Shown here: positions 20,625 through 31,250 of the stretch, piece after piece
Position numbering within the stretch: the first letter of the stretch is position 1
Layout: each line of letters opens with the position of its first letter
Source: Alphaproteobacteria bacterium
Lineage (GTDB): Bacteria; Pseudomonadota; Alphaproteobacteria; UBA6615
NCBI GenBank assembly: GCA_965261975.1
Contig: CBDHEC010000047.1
Coordinates: forward strand, 32,001 to 96,000
Reading direction: 5' to 3'
DNA: 64,000 nt
Notes under the pieces: model-generated
Database searches by the model: none
What the model was told of the DNA's origin: nothing
The model's input: the letters and a program-made list of their open reading frames with translations, nothing else
Program-made: the position numbers and the translations under genes

Positions 20625-21383
20625 ATGATCACGCTCTATCATGCTCACCATTCGACCTGCAGCCAGAAGGTGCGGGTGGTCCTGGCCGAGAAGGAACTGT
20701 CCTTCGAGACGGTGTTTCTTGAACTGGGAAAGAAGGATCAGCTCGATCCCGACTATCTGAAGCTCAACCCGAACGGCGTGGTCCCCACGCTCGTGGACGG
20801 GGATGACGTGATCCTGGAATCGAGCGTCATCTGCGAGTATCTCGATGAGCGATATCCCGGCGTTGAGCTCACCCCCGGCGACGTGGTCGAACGGGCCCGG
20901 ATGCGGGCCTGGATGCATTTCGCCGAAGAGGTGCCCGTCCCGGCGATCCGTGTGCCGTCGTTCAATCGCGCCTTCCTTTATCGCTTCGAGGGTCTCGATC
21001 AGGCGCAGTTTGAGGACGAACAGATGAATGTTCGCAAGGTGCGCCGGGAGATGTTCCAGCGCATGGGTAAACCGACCGGCTTCAGCCGCAAGGATGTCGA
21101 TATCGCACTCGGCCAGCTCGACGACACCTGCGCACGCATGCAGGCCGCGCTCGAGGACGGACCTTGGCTGATGGGCGAGCAGTTCACCCTGGCCGATGTG
21201 CTGGTGATCCCGGCAATCGACCGGATGGCCGATCTGGGTCTGGCCGGAATATGGGAGGACAACTACCCTCTGGTGGGCGCCTGGTATGAGCGGTTTCAGG
21301 CCCGGCCGTCTTTCGCGGCGACCTATTACGAGGGTTCTCGGGTTTCGGACTTTCTCGAACTCCACCCGCTCTATACAGATTGA
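20625..21383 (+). CDS. Glutathione S-transferase family protein
   Basis: STCSQKVR, LNPNGVVPTL, ESSVICEYLD, FTLAD. Confidence 0.92.
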   Translation: MITLYHAHHSTCSQKVRVVLAEKELSFETVFLELGKKDQLDPDYLKLNPNGVVPTLVDGDDVILESSVICEYLDERYPGVELTPGDVVERARMRAWMHFAEEVPVPAIRVPSFNRAFLYRFEGLDQAQFEDEQMNVRKVRREMFQRMGKPTGFSRKDVDIALGQLDDTCARMQAALEDGPWLMGEQFTLADVLVIPAIDRMADLGLAGIWEDNYPLVGAWYERFQARPSFAATYYEGSRVSDFLELHPLYTD

Positions 21384-21462
21384 ACTTGAACTCATCGATG
21401 CAGCGCGGATATCTGGCGCTACGAAACAAGCAAGCGGCCGATAGAACGCCCAGGAGAGACAC

Positions 21463-22251
21463 ATGACGACCGACCAGATCATCAGCAGACGCGAAGATTC
21501 AATCGGCTATATCACCTTCAACAACCCCGATCGCCACAACGCCATGTCGCTCGAGATGTGGCGCGACGGTGAAGCTGCGATCCGCGAATTCTGCGATGCG
21601 GGAGATGTTCGCGCGGTCGTGCTGACCGGCGCGGGCGAGAAGGCCTTCGTCGCCGGTGCCGATATCTCCAAATTCGCAGACGAGCGCGCCTCGAAGGCGG
21701 CAAGCGAGGAGTATGCCGCCGCCGTGAAGGACTTCCAGGACACGCTGACCCACGCGCCGATGCCCACGATCGCGAAAATCGGCGGTTATGCCATCGGTGG
21801 CGGGCTGGCGATCGCGCTGTGCTGCGACATCCGCATTGCGTCGGATGATTCCCGCTTCGCCGTCCCGGCCGCCAAGCTCGGCCTTGGCTATGCCGCGTCG
21901 GGGATTGAGCGCCTGATGCAGATCGTCGGACCGTCCTTCGCGATGGAGATTTTTTACACCGCCCGTCAGTTCGATGCTGGAGAAGCGCTCACCATGGGCC
22001 TGATCAACCGGGTGTTGCCGCGCGCCGAACTGGATTCCTATTGCGATGACTATGTCGGCCGTATCGCCGGCAATGCGCCGCTGACAATTCGGGCGGTCAA
22101 GACGGCGGTGCAGGAAAACCTGAAGGCTCCCGCCGACCGGAATGAGGCGTTGTGCGCCGAACAGGTCGCCGCCTGCTTCGCGAGCCAGGACTTTATCGAG
22201 GGCCGCACGGCGTTCATGGAGAAGCGCAAGCCGGCCTTTACCGGCACCTAG
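21463..22251 (+). CDS. Enoyl-CoA hydratase family protein
   Basis: AFVAGADI, GYAIGGG, PAAKLGLGY, EGRTAFMEKRKP. Confidence 0.92.
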   Translation: MTTDQIISRREDSIGYITFNNPDRHNAMSLEMWRDGEAAIREFCDAGDVRAVVLTGAGEKAFVAGADISKFADERASKAASEEYAAAVKDFQDTLTHAPMPTIAKIGGYAIGGGLAIALCCDIRIASDDSRFAVPAAKLGLGYAASGIERLMQIVGPSFAMEIFYTARQFDAGEALTMGLINRVLPRAELDSYCDDYVGRIAGNAPLTIRAVKTAVQENLKAPADRNEALCAEQVAACFASQDFIEGRTAFMEKRKPAFTGT

Positions 22252-22316
22252 CGCATTCCCGGCCAGCGGTGTGTCCTCAAATGGCGCGGGTCGCTTGCGA
22301 CAGGACCCGCGCCTGT

Positions 22317-22748
22317 TTATCCCGTGGCGATATAGGCCTTGAGCGCCTCGGCCTCATGTTCGGTTTCCCGTATCCGGTGTTTCACCACATCGCCGATGGA
22401 AACCAGCCCGATCAACGCGTTGTCCTCGACCACCGGCAGATGGCGAATTCGGTGTTCCGTCATCGTCTCCATCAGATGAGCGATGTTGTCTTCGCCGGTG
22501 CAGGTGACGACCTCGCGGATCATGATGTCGGAAATTTTCAGGTCGAGAATGGTCGCGCCGGCGCGTGCTATGTGACGAATGACATCGCGTTCCGAGATGA
22601 TGCCGTCGACTTGCCGGCCGTCCTCACTCACCACGAGTGCGCCGATCTTGAGTTCGGTAAGCCGGGCGCAAGCCTGTGACACCGACCCGTCGGGTCGGAT
22701 GGTCTCGATGGCGTTACCCTTGGTCCGAAGTATTGCTGCTACGTTCAT
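22317..22748 (-). CDS. CBS-pair protein
   Basis: GIISERD, IRHLPVVE..LIGLVSIGDVVK. Confidence 0.9.
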   Translation of the reverse strand: MNVAAILRTKGNAIETIRPDGSVSQACARLTELKIGALVVSEDGRQVDGIISERDVIRHIARAGATILDLKISDIMIREVVTCTGEDNIAHLMETMTEHRIRHLPVVEDNALIGLVSIGDVVKHRIRETEHEAEALKAYIATG

Positions 22749-22913
22749 GGGTGCCCCTTTCGTATCTGGGCGCACCCGTTGGCCGGTCCTCGATTGTCTT
22801 CGCACCGGTCCGACCACGATGCGCGCCACTCAATGTCCCGCGAGGCTTTTCACGGGGCTGCGTTATATTGTCTCACATTTCGGCGGGATTGGCGAATGCC
22901 GGCCGATTCCGGC

Positions 22914-23336
22914 CTAGTTCAGGGGGATGCCGGCGAGCGCTTTCTCGCAGATCTGGGCGGTGGTAACCCCCGCCTTGTCGGCCCCGTCCAGGGGGCAGTG
23001 TTGAACCAAAAAAGCACAAGATTCCAATACGTTGGCGTATTGCGGCGAGTCCAGACTTCGCGCTGGACGTTCGACCTCGGCCTGTCTCAGATTGATGATG
23101 CGCTCACCGCGCAGCAGCACGGTGTTCTCGTGGCCGAGACATTTCGCGTTGCTGGTGGTCAGCTGGTTCATCGAGATGGCGACGAGAAAGATCGCCCCGA
23201 GCCCGACAATCAGCCTCGCCCGGAAGGCACCGAGGCGGGGAAACCGCCAGCGCAGACCGCGATAGAGCCCGTACAAAATTGCGCCGGCAACGGTGAGCGA
23301 GAGCGTGAGCCGCAACAGGTCCATGGCGATGTCCAT
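22914..23336 (-). CDS. Hypothetical membrane-anchored protein with 4 Cys, at the end of the ccm operon
   Basis: Two N-terminal TM segments; starts 4 nt after the ccmI stop. Confidence 0.55.
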   Translation of the reverse strand: MDIAMDLLRLTLSLTVAGAILYGLYRGLRWRFPRLGAFRARLIVGLGAIFLVAISMNQLTTSNAKCLGHENTVLLRGERIINLRQAEVERPARSLDSPQYANVLESCAFLVQHCPLDGADKAGVTTAQICEKALAGIPLN

Positions 23337-23339
23337 GGC

Positions 23340-24626
23340 TCAGCGACTGCCGTTCTCGGCATCGAGCCGGTCAATCGCCTCGTTGACCATGCGGTGGGCG
23401 TCCGCTTCGGGCGGGATGAGGTCGCGCAGGCGCATGAAGTATGTGCGTGCGGAGGCGGTGTCACCGGACTCGGCCGAGGTAATTGCGCCGCGCAGAAGTG
23501 TCTCGGCGTGATCGGGTTCCAACGTCAATGCGCGTGCATATGCCTGTGCCGCCGCGCCGGGGTCGCCGAGCATTTCCCATGACCGTGCGAGCATGCGCCA
23601 GCCTGCCAGGTCGTCGGGTTCGTTCTCCAGGCGTGCGGCGAGATTATCGACCATGCCCTGGATCATCGCCTGGCGTTCGTCGTCGTTCAGGTTCTGGGCG
23701 GCGGCGATATCGGCAGCCGTCGGGCCACGCGCGCCAGGCACGGCTTCGGCGGCGGTCGTCTGGGGCAGCCAGTCGGCCGGGTTGTGGCCGAGGTCATGCG
23801 CGGTGTCGGTGATGCGTGCGCGGACCGTTGCCAGCCAGGGGGCATCGGCGGGGGCGTCGCCGGCGAGGGCCGACCATGCTTCCAGCGCGTCTTGCTCATA
23901 GCCGGCCTGATAATCGGCGAGTGCCAGAAAATACCGTGCGCGGGGGTCGGTCGGGTCACCCCTGAGGGCGGTCTCGAAGGCTTCGCGCGCTGCGGGCGTC
24001 ACCAGGCCGTCCGCGATACGCGCCAGCGATTCGCCATGCGCCGATGCAATCTCGGTTCTTGTCGGGTCGAGCTCGCGGGCCTGCGCCAGGGCGATCTCGG
24101 CCCCGTCGACATTGCCGGCTACCAGGCGCAACCGGCCCAGATCAAACCATGCCTGGGGATCGTCGGGGGTCTCGGTCGCGCGTGCCTCGGCTTGCTGTAA
24201 CCGCGCCCGGGCAGCCGCGATTACGCCGTTGGTCGCCTCGGGAGGTGCCTCGCGCAGGGCGAAGGGCTGGTTCGGCAACCCCGGGTTACCCAGGTCCAGG
24301 TAAAGCGGCACGCTTGCGAGCGGTATTACGATGGCGAGCAGGGCGGCGAACACTAGATGGCGCCCATGCCCGGCTTTGCCCGACAGACCGGCGGCGCGCC
24401 CGGCCGTGAGCAGGCGGCGTTCGATTTCTCCGCGTGCCGCCTCGGCCTGCGTGTCGTCGATGAGCCCGCGCGCGCGGTCGCGTTCGAGTTCCTGGAGCTG
24501 GTCGTAGTAGACCACGGTATCGAATTCGGCGCGCGTCGTAGCACCGGTCCCCGGGCGCAACAGGGGCCAGGCGATCCAGGCGATCAGCGACAAAGTGAGC
24601 GCCGCAAGGATGGTCCAGAAGATCAT
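23340..24626 (-). CDS. ccmI: Cytochrome c biogenesis protein CcmI/CycH
   Basis: [31 protein letters not shown] repeats. Confidence 0.92.
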   Translation of the reverse strand: MIFWTILAALTLSLIAWIAWPLLRPGTGATTRAEFDTVVYYDQLQELERDRARGLIDDTQAEAARGEIERRLLTAGRAAGLSGKAGHGRHLVFAALLAIVIPLASVPLYLDLGNPGLPNQPFALREAPPEATNGVIAAARARLQQAEARATETPDDPQAWFDLGRLRLVAGNVDGAEIALAQARELDPTRTEIASAHGESLARIADGLVTPAAREAFETALRGDPTDPRARYFLALADYQAGYEQDALEAWSALAGDAPADAPWLATVRARITDTAHDLGHNPADWLPQTTAAEAVPGARGPTAADIAAAQNLNDDERQAMIQGMVDNLAARLENEPDDLAGWRMLARSWEMLGDPGAAAQAYARALTLEPDHAETLLRGAITSAESGDTASARTYFMRLRDLIPPEADAHRMVNEAIDRLDAENGSR

Positions 24627-25264
24627 GTTCTCTGTTGGGTGTCCGCGTTTCCGGCAGGCCTATCGGCGTCGCCGGACTCATCGGCTGCCGGCGGCTCGTC
24701 ATCGTGCTCGGGATGCGGTGTCAGCCCGTCATGAAGTTCGTTGCGAAACCGGCTCCGCGGCGGGTTGGGCGGGCTCGTGCTGGCGATCCGCTCCACCAGC
24801 GCATCGAGCTCGGCGCGGTCCGCGGGTGAAAGCGGGTCCGGGCTGGCGCCTGCCAGCCGCCGTCGCCGATAGGCCTGGTAGAACATCACCGACAGGGTCG
24901 CGATGACGACGGCCATGATCGGCGGGGCAAGCCAGAGAGCCAGCGTGTTGGGCTGGAATGGCGGGCGGAGAAGCACGAAGTCGCCATAGCGCGCGACGAG
25001 ATAGTTCACGACCTCTTCGTCATTGTCGCCGGCCACGAGGCGCTCGCGCACCAGGATGCGCATGTCGCGGGCGATTTCCGCGTCGGAATCGTCGATCGAC
25101 TGGTTCTGGCAGACCACGCACCGCAACTCTGTTGATATCGCGCGTGCGCGTTCCTCCAGCGCCGGGTCGGCGAGAACCTCGTCGGGCTCAACCGCCAGGA
25201 CCGTCGGGGCGCTGGCGAGGAGCACCAGCATGGTGAGGACCAGAAAGGCCGAGGCTTGCTTCAT
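24623..25264 (-). CDS. ccmH: Cytochrome c biogenesis protein CcmH/CycL
   Basis: [25 protein letters not shown]. Confidence 0.95.
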   Translation of the reverse strand: MKQASAFLVLTMLVLLASAPTVLAVEPDEVLADPALEERARAISTELRCVVCQNQSIDDSDAEIARDMRILVRERLVAGDNDEEVVNYLVARYGDFVLLRPPFQPNTLALWLAPPIMAVVIATLSVMFYQAYRRRRLAGASPDPLSPADRAELDALVERIASTSPPNPPRSRFRNELHDGLTPHPEHDDEPPAADESGDADRPAGNADTQQRT

Positions 25265-25809
25265 CCGCCTTCTACTTCGCGCAGTTTCGGCAGGATCTTC
25301 CGTTCCAGGACGTCGGGCGTGATGGGCCCGGTGTGCTTGTAGGCGATCATGCCGTCGGCATCGATGATGAATGTTTCCGGGACCCCCGTCACCCCCCATT
25401 CCAGGGACGCGCGCGCGTCGGCATCGAAGCCGATAGCCATGTAGGGGTTGCCGTGGCGGCGCAGCCAGGTGGCGGAGTCGCTCGCCTTGTCGCGATGGTT
25501 GATGCCGTAGACCCGCGCACCGTCAGCCGCGAGCTTGGTGATCAAAGGATGTTCGGCCAGGCACGGCACGCACCAGGAGGCGAACACATTCACGATCGTC
25601 ACCTTGCCTTTGAGATCTTCGGTTGAGAATCCGCCGGGGATATTGTCGGCGATTGGCGGCAAGGAGATCGCGGGTGCCGGTTTGCCGACCAGCGGCGAGG
25701 GCAGACGCGACGGGTCGTTGTTGCGCTCGCTGTCGGTCAACAGCGAGGCCATAACCCCGAGCAACGCGGCAAACAGCAAGACGGGCAGTAGGACGATGAT
25801 CCGGCGCAT
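25261..25809 (-). CDS. ccmG: Thiol:disulfide interchange protein CcmG/DsbE
   Basis: [19 protein letters not shown]. Confidence 0.95.
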   Translation of the reverse strand: MRRIIVLLPVLLFAALLGVMASLLTDSERNNDPSRLPSPLVGKPAPAISLPPIADNIPGGFSTEDLKGKVTIVNVFASWCVPCLAEHPLITKLAADGARVYGINHRDKASDSATWLRRHGNPYMAIGFDADARASLEWGVTGVPETFIIDADGMIAYKHTGPITPDVLERKILPKLREVEGG

Positions 25810-25822
25810 AACCTGGTCGGGC

Positions 25823-27847
25823 CTACTCGGCGGGAGCCGGCATGGGCTGCGAGGGAGGGTCGGCAGGGGGCGCGTTCGCGGCGCGGCGCGGCGCACCGAC
25901 CCGATGTCGCCGGTCGCTCAACGACAGGAATCCACCGAACACCATCACGAGGGCGCCAAGCCATATCCAGGGGACGAGCGGGTTCACGAAGAATCGTATG
26001 GTCCAGGCATTGGCTGTTTCAGGGGTCCGGCCGCGTTCGCCAATGACGCCGTAGAGATCAGACAACAGGGTCGTCCGGATGCCGGCCTCGGTCGTCGTCT
26101 GGTTGGCGATCGGAAAGAAGCGGCGCTCCGTGGTCATCGTGGTTACTGGCTTGCCGTTTTCACGAATGAGCAAGGTACCGCGCTCGAAACGATAGTTCGG
26201 CCCTTGTCCTTCGGTGACGGATTCGAGGGTTACCGAGTAGCCCACTCCCTCGACCGTCTCTCCGGGTGACATCGTGGTGACGAGCTCGGCGCGCCAGGCC
26301 GATGAACCGGTGATCCCGACGATCATGATCGCCAAACCGAGATGCGCGAGGGTCATGCCGCTGGCGGACCGGGGCTGACCGGACAGGCGGCGCAGGGAAA
26401 CCGACGGTGAGGAGGAGAATAACTGAATGCGTCCGCCCCATTCGGCAATCGTGCCGGCACCGAGCCATGCGGCGAGCCCCATGGCGAAGGGGGCCAGTCC
26501 GGGGCCGTCGGGGACGGCCAGGAAGGTTACGCCGATCGCCAGAATCGCCGCGATGGCGGCCGGGACGAGTTTGCGCGATGCGGTGCGCAGGTTGCCACGC
26601 TTCCAGGCCATCAGCGGGCCCAGTGCGACCAGCAGGACAAGCGGCACCATGATCGGGCCGAAGGTGGCGTTGAAGAATGGCGGTCCGACCGACACCCGGG
26701 ACGCGCCACCCGACAGGGCTTCGAGGATCAGCGGGTAGAGGGTGCCGAGCAGGACCGTCGCGGCGGCGAGAGTCAGCAGCATGTTGTTGGCGACCAACGC
26801 GCCTTCGCGGCTGAAGGGCGCGAACAGGCCGCCGCCCTTCATGCCGGGTGCGCGCACCGCGAACAGGGTGAGCGCGCCGCCGACGGCAATCGCGAGGATG
26901 GCAAGAATGAAGACACCGCGCTCCGGGTCGGTTGCAAATGCATGCACCGATGTGAGTACGCCCGAACGCACGAGGAAGGTCCCCAGCAGGCTCATCGAGA
27001 ATGTGAGGATAGCCAACAGGATGGTCCAGCTCTTCAGCGCATCGCGTTTCTCGACCACGATGGAGGAGTGCAGCAGCGCGGTGCCGAACAGCCAGGGTAT
27101 GAAGCTGGCATTCTCGACCGGATCCCAGAACCACCAGCCGCCCCAGCCCAGTTCGTAGTAGGCCCACCAGCTGCCCAGCGCGATGCCGCCGGTCAGAAAG
27201 GTCCAGGCTGCGAGTGTCCAGGGGCGGACCCAACGGCCCCAGGCCGCATCCACGCGGCCCTCGATCAGGGCGGCGACGGCAAAGGAAAAGGCCATCGAGA
27301 AACCGACATAGCCGAGATAGAGAAGCGGCGGGTGGAAGGCCAGGCCGGGGTCCTGCAGCAAGGGGTTCAGCCCAGTGCCGTCGAAGGGCGCGGGGCTGAG
27401 CCGGGCAAACGGGTTGGACGTGAAGACAATGAAGGCCAGGAAGGCGAGGCCGATCATCCCCTGGATTGCGAGAACACGGGCCTTGAGGGTCGGGGGCAGA
27501 TTGCGTCCCCAGATCACAACCGCAGCACTGAACAGCGCCAGTACCAGGACCCAGAGCAGCATCGAGCCCTCATGGTTTCCCCAAACGCCGCTCACCTTGT
27601 AGAGCATCGGCTTGAGGGAGTGGCTGTTCTGGAACACGATCGATAGGGAGAAATCAGACGTGACGAAGCCGTGGGTCAGTGCCGCGAAAGCGATGAGCAA
27701 CGCGATGGCCTGGGCGATCGCCGTCCGATCGCCGACGGCCATCAGGCCTGTCTCGCCGCGTGCCGCGCCCCACAGGGGCACGATCGCCTGAACGCCGGCA
27801 AGCACCAGTGCTGCGATCAGGACATACTGGCCGATTTCGGCGATCAT
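25823..27847 (-). CDS. ccmF: Heme lyase CcmF
   Basis: WGNHEGS, HPPLLYLGY, WAYYELGWGGWWFWDPVEN, SVHAF. Confidence 0.98.
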   Translation of the reverse strand: MIAEIGQYVLIAALVLAGVQAIVPLWGAARGETGLMAVGDRTAIAQAIALLIAFAALTHGFVTSDFSLSIVFQNSHSLKPMLYKVSGVWGNHEGSMLLWVLVLALFSAAVVIWGRNLPPTLKARVLAIQGMIGLAFLAFIVFTSNPFARLSPAPFDGTGLNPLLQDPGLAFHPPLLYLGYVGFSMAFSFAVAALIEGRVDAAWGRWVRPWTLAAWTFLTGGIALGSWWAYYELGWGGWWFWDPVENASFIPWLFGTALLHSSIVVEKRDALKSWTILLAILTFSMSLLGTFLVRSGVLTSVHAFATDPERGVFILAILAIAVGGALTLFAVRAPGMKGGGLFAPFSREGALVANNMLLTLAAATVLLGTLYPLILEALSGGASRVSVGPPFFNATFGPIMVPLVLLVALGPLMAWKRGNLRTASRKLVPAAIAAILAIGVTFLAVPDGPGLAPFAMGLAAWLGAGTIAEWGGRIQLFSSSPSVSLRRLSGQPRSASGMTLAHLGLAIMIVGITGSSAWRAELVTTMSPGETVEGVGYSVTLESVTEGQGPNYRFERGTLLIRENGKPVTTMTTERRFFPIANQTTTEAGIRTTLLSDLYGVIGERGRTPETANAWTIRFFVNPLVPWIWLGALVMVFGGFLSLSDRRHRVGAPRRAANAPPADPPSQPMPAPAE

Positions 27848-28287
27848 CGAGCGGCCTCGCCCTCGCGCCACTGTCCGCTTTCGCGCAACGCGTCGGCGAC
27901 CTCCTTCGGCATGTAGGTCTCGTCATGCTTGGCGAGTACCTCGCTGGCCGTGAAGCGCCCGTCGGCGCCCAGCGTGCCCTCGGCGACCACCCCCTGGCCT
28001 TCACGGAACAGGTCGGGGAGCACGCCCGTATAGCTTGCCGGGATCGTGCGGTTCAGGTCGGTAACGGTGAAGAAGGTGGTCGCACCTTCCGTGCGCACGC
28101 TGCCTTCCTCGACCAGCCCGCCGAGGCGGAACAGCTTCTCGGGCGGCGACGGCCGCTCGGCCAGATCGGACGGCGTATAGAAGAAGACGAGGCTGTCTTC
28201 GACGGCATTCAGGACCAGCGCCGCGGCGGATCCGAGCAGGCCGAGCAACACGGCGACGACCATCAGGCGGCGATGTTTGCGCTTCAC
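27844..28287 (-). CDS. ccmE: Heme chaperone CcmE
   Basis: LPDLFREGQG, LAKHDETY. Confidence 0.97.
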   Translation of the reverse strand: MKRKHRRLMVVAVLLGLLGSAAALVLNAVEDSLVFFYTPSDLAERPSPPEKLFRLGGLVEEGSVRTEGATTFFTVTDLNRTIPASYTGVLPDLFREGQGVVAEGTLGADGRFTASEVLAKHDETYMPKEVADALRESGQWREGEAAR

Positions 28288-28484
28288 GAGCTTGCTCCCG
28301 CGTCATCGCGCCGGCGTCGCCTCGGGGACGCCGCTTCGGCGGCCTGCACGGCGGCCTCGCTTTGGCGCAGCCGTCTCACGCTGGAGATCGCCATGGTGAC
28401 AAGAATCAGTGTCGCGATTCCCAGCGACGGCCAGACAAAGGCGGCGTAACCACCCATATTCAGAAATGCTGTGAAGTCTTCCAC
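28284..28484 (-). CDS. ccmD: Heme exporter protein CcmD
   Basis: FLNMGGYAAFVWPS, one TM segment, charged tail. Confidence 0.9.
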   Translation of the reverse strand: MEDFTAFLNMGGYAAFVWPSLGIATLILVTMAISSVRRLRQSEAAVQAAEAASPRRRRRDDAGASS

Positions 28485-28679
28485 GTTTCCGGAACCATCT
28501 CGGTCAAACGCGCGGCAAGACGCGGGGTTGCTAGAACCAGTCGAATATTATCCGTTCGGATTTAACGTCGCTTTCCAGTGTAACCCAATCCGTTCGCGTT
28601 CACATTCATGTGGGATCGATGGGTCGTGAGACCAATGGCCGCATGAAAAATCCGGCCCGTGGCGTCTCGTCGAGCCGGG

Positions 28680-29063
28680 CTATTGGGTCACGCTCTTGAG
28701 GTATGCGATCAAATCCGCACGTTGCTTCGGGTTTTTCAGGCCGGCAAAGCTCATCCGCGTTTTCGGTATGGCCTTGCGTGGGTTCTCAATGAACTCGGAG
28801 AGAGTTTCCTCGGTCCAGACGATCCCCGATTCTTTCATCGTTTTTGAGTACTTTTTGTAGCCGTTGTCGCGCTGAGCCGCAGTGCTTCCGAACAGGCCCC
28901 AAAGATTCGGGCCTGCTCCGTTCCGGCCGCCCTCGTTGACCGTGTGGCACGCCTTGCAGCGATTGAACAATTTCTTGCCCGCTGCGGCGTCCTGGGCATG
29001 AACGAGGGTCGGGGCAGCGACGGTGGTCAAGGTTAAAAAGGCAAATGCAACGAGAGTCTTCAC
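28680..29063 (-). CDS. Class I soluble cytochrome c (c2-like)
   Basis: Signal peptide AHA/QD, CKACH, GPNLWG, WTEETL, TRMSFAGL. Confidence 0.92.
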   Translation of the reverse strand: MKTLVAFAFLTLTTVAAPTLVHAQDAAAGKKLFNRCKACHTVNEGGRNGAGPNLWGLFGSTAAQRDNGYKKYSKTMKESGIVWTEETLSEFIENPRKAIPKTRMSFAGLKNPKQRADLIAYLKSVTQ

Positions 29064-29128
29064 GATGGGAGTCTCTATTCGGTCGGATGATGGCCGGGGA
29101 ACGGCTTGGTCGATCTTAAGCTAGGCTT

Positions 29129-29156
29129 GATACGAACGGCAACGCCGAATCGATCA
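29129..29156 (-). promoter_or_regulatory. sigmaE-type promoter of the cytochrome c gene
   Basis: Minus strand TGATCG-N16-CGTATC. Confidence 0.7.
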
Positions 29157-29192
29157 ACTTCACGTGCGACTTATATGCACACGCAAATGCGG

Positions 29193-29918
29193 CTATTCGG
29201 CGGCGGAGAGTTGCAAGGCCCGGGCGCGCGCGGCATTCAGGTCGGCGCGCATGCGGATCAGCAGCATGGTGACGAAATAGGCCATGAAGGCGAGCCCCAT
29301 AAGCAACAACGGGGTCAGCATGGCCGGGTCGATCGCCGGTCGGTCGAGGCGCGTCAGGCTTGCGGGCTGGTGCAGGGTGTTCCACCAATCGACGGAAAAC
29401 TTGATGATCGGGATGTTGACGAAGCCGACCAGCGCCAGCACCGCGGCGGCCTTTGCACCGCGCTGCGGGTTGTCGAAGGCGTGGGTCAGCGCGATATGCC
29501 CGAGATAGAGAAAGAACAGCACCAGGACCGACGTTAAACGCGCGTCCCACACCCACCATGTGCCCCAGGTCGGTTTTCCCCACAGGCTGCCGGTCGCCAG
29601 TACGATCACGGTGAAACCCGCGCCCAGGGGGGCGGCCGACCGTGCGGCGATGTCCGCGAGCGGGTGTTTCCAGATCAGCGACGTCGCGCTCATCACGGCG
29701 ATGAATGTGTAGCAGCCCATGGCCATCCAGGCCGACGGGACGTGTACATACATGATCCGCACCGTCTCGCCCTGCTGGTAGTCGGCCGGCGAGGCGAACA
29801 GCGCGAAATAGATGCCGGCGACGAACAGCAGCCCGGTCAGTGCGGCCGACCAGGGCAACATCCGCGCAGCGATGCGCGAAAAGCGGGCCGGGTTTGCGAA
29901 GCGATGAAGCAATTTCAC
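29193..29918 (-). CDS. ccmC: Heme exporter CcmC
   Basis: YVHVP, WGKPTWGTWWVWDARLTS, WWNTLHQ; GTG start assumed. Confidence 0.97.
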   Translation of the reverse strand: MKLLHRFANPARFSRIAARMLPWSAALTGLLFVAGIYFALFASPADYQQGETVRIMYVHVPSAWMAMGCYTFIAVMSATSLIWKHPLADIAARSAAPLGAGFTVIVLATGSLWGKPTWGTWWVWDARLTSVLVLFFLYLGHIALTHAFDNPQRGAKAAAVLALVGFVNIPIIKFSVDWWNTLHQPASLTRLDRPAIDPAMLTPLLLMGLAFMAYFVTMLLIRMRADLNAARARALQLSAAE

Positions 29919-29943
29919 GTCCGTTCTTGCAGCTGGTTTGAGT

Positions 29944-30609
29944 TTACTCGATTGCCTGCCTGAGGGCAGCCGCCGTCGCCCAGGGCGCAAGCGCCAGCGC
30001 GGCCAGCAGGAAACCACCGAGGATCATCAGTTGGGGTGTGATGTCACGCCCTGCAATGGCGCCGTCGATCGCACCAGCACCGAAGATAAGGACCGGAATG
30101 TAGAGCGGCAGCAGGAGCAGGGCGAGCAACACGCCGCCGCGCCGCGCGCCCAAGGTGAGGGCCGCGCCGATCGCGCCGACGAGACTGAGGGTCGGCGTGC
30201 CCAGCGCCATTGTCGCCACCAGCGGCAGATAGGCCGATGATGGCAGGTTGTAGAGCAGTGCCAGGACGGGTGACGCGATGAGGAGCAGCACGCCGCTGGT
30301 CAGCCAGTGGGCCAACGCTTTGGCCAGGGCGAGTTGGGCAAGAGAGACCGGCGACAGGTAAAGAAGGTCGAGGCTGCCGTCTTCATGATCCGCGGCGAAC
30401 ATGCGCTCGAGGGACAATAACGCAGCGAGGAGTGCCACCACCCAGATGATGCCGCCGCCGATGCGCGGCAGGATCGCGGCGTCGGGCCCGACGCCGAAGG
30501 GAAAAAGTACGGCGGCGAGCACGAAGAAGATGACGCCCATCATGGCGTCGGTCCCGCCGCGGAACGCGAGCCGCAGGTCGCGTCGGACCAGAAGGGAAAG
30601 CCCGATCAT
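29944..30609 (-). CDS. ccmB: Heme exporter CcmB
   Basis: RRDLRLAFR, DHEDGSL, LLLPLYIPVLIFG. Confidence 0.96.
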   Translation of the reverse strand: MIGLSLLVRRDLRLAFRGGTDAMMGVIFFVLAAVLFPFGVGPDAAILPRIGGGIIWVVALLAALLSLERMFAADHEDGSLDLLYLSPVSLAQLALAKALAHWLTSGVLLLIASPVLALLYNLPSSAYLPLVATMALGTPTLSLVGAIGAALTLGARRGGVLLALLLLPLYIPVLIFGAGAIDGAIAGRDITPQLMILGGFLLAALALAPWATAAALRQAIE

Positions 30610-31250
30610 GCGTCGAGCTCGCGCATGTCGTAACGATCGGCGTGTTCGTCGAGCAGTTCGTCGAGCCGGCCCCCATGGGTGGAGATGATCGCCACGCCTT
30701 CGTTGGACAGATGCGCCAGGATGGTGTTGGCCAGCATCGAGACCGCGCCCGGATCGAGCCCCGTCGCGGGTTCGTCGAGCAGCCAGAGTGTGGGCCCGGC
30801 CTGCGAGTTCTGGCCGAGGGCGAGGCGGGCAAGTGTTACCCGTCGGCGCTGACCCGCCGAGAGATAGCGTACCGGTATGTTTGCCAGAGGTTCGATGGCG
30901 AACTGAAACAGCGCGGGTTCGATGTCCGGGTCGAACCCGTAAAGCCTGGCCCAGAAGCTCAGATTCTCGGCCGCAGTGAGGGTAGGCTTCAGGGGGTCGG
31001 CATGGCCGATATAGGCAACGCGCGCGCGATGTCCGTCGCGGTCCTGCGCAATGTCGACACCTTCCCAGTCGATGCGACCCGCCGCGGTTGGCAACAATCC
31101 GGCCAGCACCCGGAGCAGGCTCGACTTGCCGCTGCCGTTCGGGCCCGACAACAGCATCGCGCGGCCGGGATTCAACGCGAGGTCCAGCCCGGCGAAAACC
31201 GCGCGCTCGCCGCGAATGCATCCAAGCTTGTGTGTGGTGAGACCTTGCAC
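30606..31250 (-). CDS. ccmA: Heme exporter ATPase CcmA
   Basis: GPNGSGKSS, LSAGQRRR, LWLLDEP. Confidence 0.96.
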   Translation of the reverse strand: MQGLTTHKLGCIRGERAVFAGLDLALNPGRAMLLSGPNGSGKSSLLRVLAGLLPTAAGRIDWEGVDIAQDRDGHRARVAYIGHADPLKPTLTAAENLSFWARLYGFDPDIEPALFQFAIEPLANIPVRYLSAGQRRRVTLARLALGQNSQAGPTLWLLDEPATGLDPGAVSMLANTILAHLSNEGVAIISTHGGRLDELLDEHADRYDMRELDA

